From: Trypanosoma brucei
Taxonomy: Eukaryota
Reading direction: 5' to 3'
NCBI GenBank assembly: GCA_000002445.1
Contig: CH464491.1
Location: 2,272,001 to 2,336,000 of the forward strand
DNA length: 64,000 nt
In this document: piece after piece, positions 44,101 to 53,509 of the stretch
How positions within the stretch are numbered: position 1 is the stretch's first letter
Layout: the number at the start of each line of letters is the position of its first letter
Made by a program: the position numbers and the translations under genes
Notes under the pieces: generated by a model
The model's input: only the letters and a program-made list of their open reading frames with translations
What the model was told of the DNA's origin: nothing
Databases searched by the model: none

Positions 44101-46814
44101 GTTTCCTTTGCTGTTTTACTGTTGCTGTTTACTGTTACTGTTGTTGTTTTTCCGCACTTGTAACTCAATTCCCGAGTGTGTATGCGCCTTTTCTTGTTTT
44201 ACCCGTCAATTCGGCTTCATTTTTTTCCTTTTGCTATACGGGTTAATTGTGCATTCTTGTGTGGTTATACGCGCGACCAGAATAATGATAAGCGCGGCAT
44301 ATTACAAACAAACAAACAAAATTCTTCAACTCCTTAACACTTTTTTTTTTTGATGTTTCCTTTGCTTTCATCTCATTTAAATATTGCCCGCAATTTGTTT
44401 CCAGCGATAAATAAAAATAGGGAACGTAAAAGGAATGGCGGTCAACTGCCAATCAGGGAATTACAAAAGGCCGCCGTACCGTCGGATATATTCCCCTCTT
44501 TTTGTTTTTTTTCACTCCTTTTGTATATCTGTGGTTTGCGTTAAGTCATACTTTTGTTTTTGTTGTCGTTGTTTTTCGATGTTTCTTTTCTTCCTTTAAA
44601 AAAAAAAAAAATGTTGCTTAAAGCCTTAAAGTGTGTTACGTTTGTAATTAAAGCCTGCGGTCGCCTTTTTTTTTTTTTATGCTTTTGTCATGTTCTTCTA
44701 TATATCCTTTACCCGCTGGGATTCGTTCACACCCATTGTTATTTGTTCGCCTTCCGTTATGGTTTCCCTTCTGTTTTTTTTTCTGCTTTCAACTTCTTCA
44801 GTTTCATCTTTGTTTTGCGTTTTTTTTTTTCTGTGTCTTTAATGCATATTTATTTTTCTTGCGCCGTCGCCTCTTTTTTTCTTTTTCTTTTTTTCGGCTG
44901 GACGTTTTGGAACTCCTTATGTTCTTTCGTGTATATTTGTTGCTATGGGACGTTGGGCCGCTGAAACTTCATAACAGTCGAAGCAGAAAAGAAGAGAAAA
45001 AGGAAAAGAAAAAGGCAAACAAACGAAGATGAAAAAAAAAAAGAAAAGTGGTTGAAATAAAAAGAAAAAAAAGGGAGAACTAAAGGAAGTGCCTGTGACG
45101 AACCAAAAGGGGAAGAGAGGAATATGTGTTTTGTTTGTATATTCATATATTTACAAATTATCAAAACGTGTTAATTACTTTTCTTTCGCTTCTCGAGCGA
45201 CCGTGCTTTCTTCCTCGAGAAGAAAAATTTGTCGTTTTATGTTTTTTGTTTTTAAAATAAAAAATTTATGTATTTGGTTTTCCTTTTCTTTTCTTTTCTT
45301 TTTTTTTTTACTCTCCCTCTCTCTCTCTTTCTTCTTTTTTCAGAGGAGTGTGGAGGAAAAAGAAACAGAAAACAACGACAGCACATCTTTATAATGTTTT
45401 ATTTATGCATTCGTTTTTTGTTTCTTTTTTTTTCTTTTTTGCTTTGTTCAATTTCCGATGATACGAAATATTTTCCTCTTTTTGTCACCAACGACTGCAC
45501 TGACTGGATTCGGGTTGGGAATTGAGAGTTGGTTGGTGAAGAGGGAATGAGAAATTGCAGTCGCCGCTTTCTCTTTTTTTTTCTTTTTTCTTTTTATTAT
45601 TGTCGTTTGGTTTCGTCCATTTGCTTCTGCTCACTCGTGTTTGTGCCTTTATTTTCTCAGGTAACTGCCTCATATCACCGACTGCTGCGTAGAGGGGGGG
45701 AAAAAAAAACAGCAACAACAACAACTAAAGATGTGGAAATGATAAAGTTACGGCGTTTGTTTCTCCATTCCAAGCCGTAACGCAAATTTAAAACATGTGA
45801 GTGTGTAACGCGGTGAGGAGGAAGGAACCGAGGGAAAGAAGGTTCAAAAAAAAAAAAAAAGAAACAGAGGAAAGAAAAAGAAAGAAAAACAAGGAAGATT
45901 AAATTGAACTAATTAATTAAATTATAAAATAAACAAACAAATAAATTCAAATTCAAATAAATACCAGGAGCGGTAGAAGTGTAGAGTGGAAACGAAAGAC
46001 CTCATGGCGCGGTTGATAAAAATGTTGCTCGCGGTGCATTTGGTTTTCGCAGATGTTCTGCCGCGTCAACAAAAGAGATGAAAAACTATGAAATGATCAA
46101 CTCCAACATACCATACTGTTCAATTTCCTTTTTTACTTTTACTTTTACTTTTACTTTTACTTGTTTTTTTCTTTTTTCACTTCTTTTTTTTTTATCAAAT
46201 CAATTTTTGAATATTTCCTGTTTTTTTTTTTTTACGTTACTGCGGTTGCTCATGTTTACAAACTCCAGAGGAGAAAAAATAAAATACAAAAAAAAAACAC
46301 CGCACGCACAAAAATTCACAAAAGCAACACAAACAACATGAAATTTCATTTAAAAAAAAAACAACTGTGATACACCCAAAGTGCGTTACATAACATGAAA
46401 TGATCTCTCTGTGTCTGTGTGTGTGTGTGTGTGTCTATGTGTATTTTAATATATATATATATAAATATGTCAAAAATTATTGAAAACAAAAGAGAGATAT
46501 ATATTTTTTTAAAAATGTTTTTAGTTCAAAAAGATTTTTTTTAAAACACTTCAAAAGCTTACTAAATAAAATGATCGTAAAATAACTCACAAAAAAATTA
46601 CAATAAACAACAACCATTATAACAATTTCCACAAATCTCCTTTTCAATAAACAAAGTTAAGAATACATATATACATTCAAGCCAGGTTCACAAAAGGTAT
46701 TATAGGAAGAGAACAACAAACACCTACTACAGAAACAAATGTTAAAACAACAACAGTAACAAACATTAAAGAAAAATATCAGGTAGAAAAAATGGTTTTC
46801 CCTACATGCCACCA
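41200..46814. other. ~5.6 kb ORF-poor, T-rich low-complexity tract between the last single-copy gene and the polymerase array
   Basis: There is no ORF longer than 136 aa, and all ORFs present are F/L/S-rich low-complexity. The tract contains poly(T)/poly(A) runs, (TTTTAC)5 at about 46,133-46,162, (GT)n at about 46,421-46,440, TA-rich blocks at about 42,060-42,160 and 43,440-43,510, and tttag repeats at about 43,868-43,895. Confidence 0.6.
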
Positions 46815-47163
46815 CAAAAGCATAAGGAGGTCCACTACAATTATACTGTTGTTCCCAGATATACGGGTGTGCGCCTAAAGGGACACGTGACGTTCAAATT
46901 GGATATCCCTCCCATTGTTGACCGTATCTCACATTATTGGATATGTTGTAATCACTGACGGCTTGCTGTGAACTGCCACAGCTGTACACATGCACACACA
47001 TGTGATTCGGTTTTTCTTCTCCCAATATCCTTCCTTTCATATAATATAGGCAACCACACAATATTGGCACAACACCTGCTATCAAACTACCCTAACCCAA
47101 GTGTCTGTTTGTTTCTTTACGTCACTGGGAGGGTTTTAACAAGAACTAACATTGAGTCTGACT

Positions 47164-48881
47164 ATGTGTGGGGGAGAAGAGAATGGTGGATTGGATCAGG
47201 CACATGTGTCCTACAGTGGCAGTGCGAGTGAGCAAAACATTGCGGAAATGATTGTAGACCCATCAGGTTCCCGTCAGCCCACAGCATTCCAACTCACACT
47301 CGATTGCAATAAGGCAGGAATGGGAAATGTGGATAAGGAACGTGTGGAAGCTATTATACGTAATGTAAGGGAAGGCTCACCTTTTTTATGAATGAGCAGC
47401 GTTTGGCTGAGGGTCGAGAGAAGCAACTGCAAGAGCTGAAGCGGAAATCATCTCTCTTCACTCAGTTGTTGGGTGGTGAACGAAACGCTGCGCAGCGGAA
47501 ACAGTGGGAGCTGAAGGTTTCCAAAATAGAACAGGAGCTTGAGGCTACGCGTCGACTGGGAACTTATATCCATTTAGACATGGACATGTTTTATGCTGCT
47601 GTTGAAATCAAGAAGCATCCGGAGTACGCCGCCATTCCGCTTGCCATAGGCACAATAACGAGGTTGATAACAACAAATTATGTTGCGCGTGGACGTGGTA
47701 TTCGTCAAGGTATGCCAGGTTTCCTTGCTCTAAAAATCTGCCCGAATTTGCTCATTCTGCCTCCTGATTTCGATGCTTACAATGAGGAATCCAATACTGT
47801 GCGCCGTATTGTTGCTGAATACGACCCTAATTATATCAGCTTTGGTTTGGATGACTTTACTCTCGAAGTAAGTGCCTACATAGAGCGTTTTGAGGGAACC
47901 AAAACAGCCGAAGATGTGGCTTCTGAACTGCGTGTGCGTGTATTTGGTGAAACAAAGTTGACAGCAAGTGCTGGTATTGGACCCACTGCAGCACTTGCCA
48001 AGATTGCCAGTAATATTAATAAGCCGAATGGACAACATGATCTTAATCTTCACACCCGAGGGGATGTGATGACATACGTCAGGGATTTGGGTCTACGTTC
48101 TGTGCCTGGTGTTGGGAAGGTTACGGAAGCTCTGTTGAAGGGACTGGGTATCACCACTCTCTCAGATATTTACAATAGGCGTGTTGAACTTTGTTACATT
48201 TTGCACAATAATTTATTTCGCTTTTTGCTTGGAGCTTCCATTGGCATTATGCAATGGCCCGATGCAGCAACGGCAGCCAATACCGAGAATTGTGAGGGGG
48301 CTACTGGAGAGCAACGGAAGGCAATCAGTAGCGAGCGATCCATCACTACTCCACGAACCAAAGAAGGTATGCAGGAAATGCTTGATACCGTATTCAATGG
48401 TGCCTATGAAGAAATGCGGAAGAGTGAGCTAATGTGTAGACGCATTTCGTTAAGAATTAGGTGGGCCTCCTATCGTTATCAACAATACACAAAAAGTTTG
48501 ATACAATATTCAGATGACTCTGCAACCCTTCGCCGCGCAGTGGATGGTTTACTGTTACCGCATGCTGCAAAGTATTCAGAGATTTCACTGTTGGGGGTAC
48601 GTTTTCTTGACCTTATCTCTGCAAAAGACTTTCATATGAAAAGAAAGGGTGGTAACCAACTGTCTATTTCACAATTTATTCGCCCCAAGAAGCCGGGTGA
48701 GGTAACAGCAACCACCGGTATAAAAAGGGAGAGAACTACTGAACCGAAACAGGTTGTTGGAGTGAATCTATCATCAGATGACGAGGATGAGAATGATAGT
48801 GTTGGCTTGGCATCTAGCTCCACTATACTCGTTTCAACTGACAAAGGTACTGTTGAGAGGGAAGTTACCATAATTGAGTGA
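47164..48881 (+). pseudogene. POLK: DNA polymerase kappa-like copy 1 with a -1 frameshift (pseudogene, or a sequencing error in a T-run)
   Basis: The N-terminal ORF (track 47152..47391) ends at a TGA (47389-47391) within cttttttatgaatgag. The paralogous copies read ...ccttttt(g/a)(a/t)t(g/t)aatga(g/a)... in frame, and copy 1 is 1 nt shorter at this point. The downstream ORF 47388..48881 encodes the full catalytic core (LDMDMFYAAVE, SFGLDDFTLEVS). Confidence 0.7.
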
Positions 48882-49596
48882 AATGAGGACATCAGTCAAT
48901 AGAAATTCCCACATTGCCCAATGGCATTCATATACAAATCACCTATACACAAGTACCCATAAACAAAACACATTATACACATGTATTGTTATACAGCTAT
49001 CATATGTTTTCATTTTTTGAAGTTATACTTTATATGGTTTATTACTTACATTGTTTTTTTCTTAAGCATGCTTGTGCTCATGTACAACCAGTGGAGCAAC
49101 TGGCTAATAACTCCTTCATCTTTGTGCGGACACCTTGGTGTATCCTATACTTTCTTTGAGGCCTTCTAATCCAGGTACTTTTTACACACTGTGACGCTAA
49201 TAAGTGTAGTTCTTTCTTTTGATTAATGTCTACTGCGTGCAGTGATGCGAAAAAGTCTGTACTTTATTTGTATGTTTATCTTCGGGTTTGATTTGTTTGG
49301 TTGCTGATGGCAGTGGAAGGCCTCTGCAATTATGTTTGTGTTTTTGTTTCTTTGTGTTGCTGTTTTTCTATATTTTTGGAGTTTGTTTTTTTTCTTCCTG
49401 TTTTTTTGCACTTCTTTTCTTTGCTTTCCTCTTGCAACATATTTTTTTATGTAATTGTATTTTTTTTGTGTGTGTAATGGTGGCGGATGTTGTTTTTGTT
49501 TTAGTAGTTGAAGTTTTTGTTTGTTGTTGGATTGAGAGCGACAACGGTAGTTTGCTGATGGTTTCGTTTATTTACAGCTGCGTCTCTAGTCGTCTG

Positions 49597-50181
49597 ATGT
49601 TTGCTAGTGTGAAGAGGGCTGTTGGGCAATATTCATGTTTTCATGTGATTTGTTCCCCGCGCTTCCACAGTAACTATGTTGTGGGGGTCAACAAGGCGCC
49701 TAGTTGGATCGCGTCCCCGACAGAAAGGCGACGAAAGTTTGGTGAAGAGTGCCTTGCCGAAGGTAAAGAGCGGGATGGCGACATGGATGTAGAGCTTGTT
49801 CCCGTGGACGTGAAAAAGCTTGCTTTGCCCCTGCACCTCACGGACTCGATCCCGCAGGATATCGTCGATAATATCGTTGCGAGAGATAGAACACTTGTTT
49901 TCGCGCCAAACATGAAGATACTAGACCTGCACAGGCGGTTGTCCCGGATGAAGTATCGGATAAGCGTCCAGCCGCTTGGGAAGGTGCTGCACTTCCGATT
50001 CTTTCGGCTGTGTAAATTGTCCAGCGGTATGCCCGGAGATGTTACAGTGGAAACCTTCCGCAGCATCCAGCAGAAACTCTCCGAGTACACAAGATTTTTG
50101 GTGATGGATGAACGTTGGCCACTGGAGTTGTCATTAGAAATTACCCCCATTATTGAGCATCAACGGAAAGCAATGCTTTGA
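49597..50181 (+). CDS. Hypothetical ORF (195 aa from ATG 49597; ORF-track 49288..50181) on a non-array insert between polymerase copies 1 and 2
   Basis: The array spacer sequence is interrupted at 49335, immediately after gcaattatg. A T/G-rich UTR-like tract (49335-49596) follows, then a complex-composition ORF ending at a TGA at 50179-50181, 5 nt before the 100-N gap. No domain recognised. The upstream part of the track ORF (49288-49596) is low-complexity and probably untranslated. Confidence 0.4.
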   Translation: MFASVKRAVGQYSCFHVICSPRFHSNYVVGVNKAPSWIASPTERRRKFGEECLAEGKERDGDMDVELVPVDVKKLALPLHLTDSIPQDIVDNIVARDRTLVFAPNMKILDLHRRLSRMKYRISVQPLGKVLHFRFFRLCKLSSGMPGDVTVETFRSIQQKLSEYTRFLVMDERWPLELSLEITPIIEHQRKAML

Positions 50182-50186
50182 TGCCA

Positions 50187-50286
50187 NNNNNNNNNNNNNN
50201 NNNNNNNNNNNNNNNNNNNNNNNNNNNNNNNNNNNNNNNNNNNNNNNNNNNNNNNNNNNNNNNNNNNNNNNNNNNNNNNNNNNNNN
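50187..50286. other. Assembly gap (100 N)
   Basis: A run of exactly 100 n characters. The sequence resumes inside the array spacer (acatgtattgttatacacc...). Confidence 1.
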
Positions 50287-50991
50287 ACATGTATTGTTAT
50301 ACACCTATCATATGTTTTCATTTTTTGAAGTTATACTTTATATGGTTTATTACTTACATTGTTTTTTTCTTAAGCATGCTTGTGCTCATGTACAACCAGT
50401 GGAGCAACTGGCTAATAACTCCTTCATCTTTGTGCGGACACCTTGGTGTATCCTATACTTTCTTTGAGGCCTTCTAATCCAGGTACTTTTTACACACTGT
50501 GACGCTAATAAGTGTAGTTCTTTCTTTTGATTAATGTCTACTGCGTGCAGTGATGCGAAAAAGTGTGTACTTTATTTGTATGTTTATCTTCGGGTTTGAT
50601 TTGTTTGGTTGCTGATGACAGCGGAAGGTCTCTGCAATTATGAAAACTCATAAGGAGGTCCACTATAATTATACTGTTGTTCCCAGATATACGGGTGTGC
50701 GCCTAAAGGGACACGTGACGTTCAAATTGGATATCCCTCCCATTGTTGACCGTATCTCACATTATTGGATATGTTGTAATCACTGACGGCTTGCTGTGAA
50801 CTGCCACAGCTGTACACATGCACACACATGTGATTCGGTTTTTCTTCTCCTAATATCCTTCCTTTCATATAATATAGGCAACCACACAATATTGGCACAA
50901 CACCTGCTATCAAACTACCCTAACCCAAGTGTCTGTTTGTTTCTTTACGTCACTGGGAGGGTTTTAACAAGAACTAACATTGAGTCTGACT

Positions 50992-52704
50992 ATGTGTGGG
51001 GGAGAAGAGAATGGTGGATTGGATCAGGCACATGTGTCCTACAGTGGCAGTGCGAGTGAGCAAAACATTGCGGAAATGATTGTAGACCCATCAGCTTCCC
51101 GTCAGCCCACAGCATTCCAACTCACACTCGATTGCAATAAGGCAGGAATGGGAAATGTGGATAAGGAGCGTGTCGCTGCAGTGATACATGAGATGTCTGC
51201 GGGATCAGGGTACCTTTGCAATCAGCAGCGTTTATCAAAAAGTCGAGAGAAGCAACTGCAAGAACTCAAGCGGAAATCATCTCTCTTCACTCAGTTGTTG
51301 GGTGGTGAACGAAACGCTGCGCGGCGGACGCAGTGGGAGGTGAAGGTTTCCAAAATAGAACAGGAGCTTGAGGCTACGCGTCGACTGGGAACTTATATCC
51401 ATTTAGACATGGACATGTTTTATGCTGCTGTTGAAATCAAGAAGCATCCGGAGTACGCCAACGTTCCGCTTGCAGTTGGAACTAAAACAATGCTAACAAC
51501 CGCAAATTATGTTGCTAGAGGTTGTGGTGTCCGTCCTGGTATGCCAGGTTATATCGGATTGAAGATTTGCCCGAATTTGCTCATTCTGCCTCCTGATTTC
51601 GATACTTACAATGAGGAATCCAATACTGTGCGCCGTATTGTTGCTGAATACGACCCTAATTACATCAGCTTTGGTTTGGATGAACTGACCCTTGAGGTAA
51701 GTGCCTACATAGAGCGTTTTGAGGGAACCAAAACAGCCGAAGATGTGGCTTCTGAACTGCGTGTGCGTGTATTTGGTGAAACAAAGTTGACAGCAAGTGC
51801 TGGTATTGGACCCACTGCAGCACTTGCCAAGATTGCCAGTAATATTAATAAGCCGAATGGACAACATGATCTTAATCTTCACACCCGAGGGGATGTGATG
51901 ACATACGTCAGGGATTTGGGTCTACGTTCTGTGCCTGGTATTGGGAAGGCTATGGAAGCTCTGTTGAAGGGACTGGGTATCACCACTCTCTCAGATATTT
52001 ACAATAGGCGTGTTGAACTTTGTTATATCTTTACCGAAAAAACATATCGCTTTTTGCTTGGAGCTTCCATTGGCATTATGCAATGGCCCGATGCGTGTAA
52101 TATACCGGGTGGCTCTGTCGATGATGGGACAGGTGTGGGAAGGAAGTCAGTTGGTAGTGAACGTACATTCAAAATATTGCAAAGCAAAGAGGAATTACAG
52201 GAAATTGTTGATTTTATTTTTAATTCTTCGTATGATGAACTAAAGAAACATGAGCTGATGTGTAGACAGGTTTCGTTAAGAATAAGGTGGGCAACCTATC
52301 GATCCCGGCAGTATACTATGAATTTAGCCCAACATTCAGATGACTCTGCAACCCTTCGCCGCGCAGTGGATGGTTTACTGTTACCGCATGCTGCAAAGTA
52401 CTCAGATATGTCGTTACTGGGGATGCGTCTGTTAGACCTTATCTTTGCAAAAGACTTTCATATGAAAAGAAAGGGTGGTAACCAACTGTCTATTTCACAA
52501 TTTATTCGCCCCAAGAAGCCGGGTGAGGTAACAGCAACCACCGGTATAAAAAGGGAGAGGACTACTGAACCGAAACAGGTTGTGGAAATAATAATATCAT
52601 CAGATGACGAGGATGAGAATGATAGTGTTGGCTTGGCATCTAGCTCCACTATACTCGTTTCAACTGGCAAAGGTACTGTTGAGAGGGAAGTTACCATAAT
52701 TTAG
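50992..52704 (+). CDS. POLK: DNA polymerase kappa-like (Y-family/DinB) copy 2, variant A little-finger cassette
   Basis: Y-family motifs are present: motif I LDMDMFYAAVE, motif III SFGLDELTLEVSAY, and HhH/thumb SVPGIGKAMEALLKGLGITTLSDI. Copy-specific cassettes are ANVPLAVGTKTMLTTANYVARGCGVRPGMPGYIGLKI and CNIPGGSVDDGTGVGRKSVGSERTFKILQSKEELQEIVDF... The ORF-track start 50980 is a TTG; the first ATG is at 50992. Confidence 0.9.
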   Translation: MCGGEENGGLDQAHVSYSGSASEQNIAEMIVDPSASRQPTAFQLTLDCNKAGMGNVDKERVAAVIHEMSAGSGYLCNQQRLSKSREKQLQELKRKSSLFTQLLGGERNAARRTQWEVKVSKIEQELEATRRLGTYIHLDMDMFYAAVEIKKHPEYANVPLAVGTKTMLTTANYVARGCGVRPGMPGYIGLKICPNLLILPPDFDTYNEESNTVRRIVAEYDPNYISFGLDELTLEVSAYIERFEGTKTAEDVASELRVRVFGETKLTASAGIGPTAALAKIASNINKPNGQHDLNLHTRGDVMTYVRDLGLRSVPGIGKAMEALLKGLGITTLSDIYNRRVELCYIFTEKTYRFLLGASIGIMQWPDACNIPGGSVDDGTGVGRKSVGSERTFKILQSKEELQEIVDFIFNSSYDELKKHELMCRQVSLRIRWATYRSRQYTMNLAQHSDDSATLRRAVDGLLLPHAAKYSDMSLLGMRLLDLIFAKDFHMKRKGGNQLSISQFIRPKKPGEVTATTGIKRERTTEPKQVVEIIISSDDEDENDSVGLASSSTILVSTGKGTVEREVTII

Positions 52705-53509
52705 TGAAGTGAGGACATCAGTCAATGGAAACGCTCACATTGCCCAATGGCATTCATATACAAATCACCTATACACAAGTACCCATAAACAAAACACATT
52801 ATACACATGTATTGTTATACAGCTATCATATGTTTTCATTTTTTGAAGTTATACTTTATATGGTTTATTACTTACATTGTTTTTTTCTTAAGCATGCTTG
52901 TGCTCATGTACAACCAGTGGAGCAACTGGCTAATAACTCCTTCATCTTTGTGCGGACACCTTGGTGTATCCTATACTTTCTTTGAGGCCTTCTAATCCAG
53001 GTACTTTTTACACACTGTGACGCTAATAAGTGTAGTTCTTTCTTTTGATTAATGTCTACTGCGTGCAGTGATGTGAAAAAGTCTGTACTTTATTTGTATG
53101 TTTATCTTCGGGTTTGATTTGTTTGGTTGCTGATGACAGCGGAAGGCCTCTGCAATTATGAAAACTCATAAGGAGGTCCACTATAATTATACTGTTGTTC
53201 CCAGATATACGGGTGTGCGCCTAAAGGGACACGTGACGTTCAAATTGGATATCCCTCCCATTGTTGACCGTATCTCACATTATTGGATATGTTGTAATCA
53301 CTGACGGCTTGCTGTGAACTGCCACAGCTGTACACATGCACACACATGTGATTCGGTTTTTCTTCTCCCAATATCCTTCCTTTCATATAATATAGGCAAC
53401 CACACAATATTGGCACAACACCTGCTATCAAACTACCCTAACCCAAGTGTCTGTTTGTTTCTTTACGTCATTGGGAGGGTTTTAACAAGAACTAACATTG
53501 AGTCTGACT

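Noticed and set aside
43433-44964. Several 135-136 aa ORFs inside the 6-kb T-rich tract
   Set aside because: All are translations of T-rich low-complexity DNA (F/L/S/C-rich), and overlapping alternatives exist in other frames. None is credible protein-coding sequence.
50796-51059. 87-aa ORF MNCHSCTHAHTCDSVFLL... and 63-aa minus-strand ORF MIAGVVPILCGC... present in every spacer
   Set aside because: They sit in the conserved intergenic spacer and run into the 5' end of the polymerase CDS in another frame. They recur only because of the tandem repeat, and their codon composition is unlike that of genuine genes.
51493-51882. Antisense ORFs of 107-131 aa (MKIKIMLSIRLINITGNLGKCCSG...) recurring in every polymerase unit, e.g. 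47730-48053, 54203-54400, 56526-56921, 59047-59442 and 61537-61860
   Set aside because: They lie entirely antisense within the Pol kappa CDS and recur only because the array is repeated. Their composition is low-complexity, and their lengths vary with copy-specific stops, so they are shadow ORFs of the sense gene.
52458-52697. Minus-strand 79-86 aa ORFs (MVTSLSTVPL...) overlapping the 3' end of each polymerase gene
   Set aside because: Antisense to the acidic C-terminal tail. They are repeated only because the array is repeated, with no independent evidence.
53225-53235. CACGTG (E-box-like palindrome) in each array spacer, mutated to CAGGTG in two units
   Set aside because: There is no evidence that such motifs act as promoters in kinetoplastids, which lack conventional pol II promoters for protein-coding genes. 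It was noted only as a SNP marker between units.
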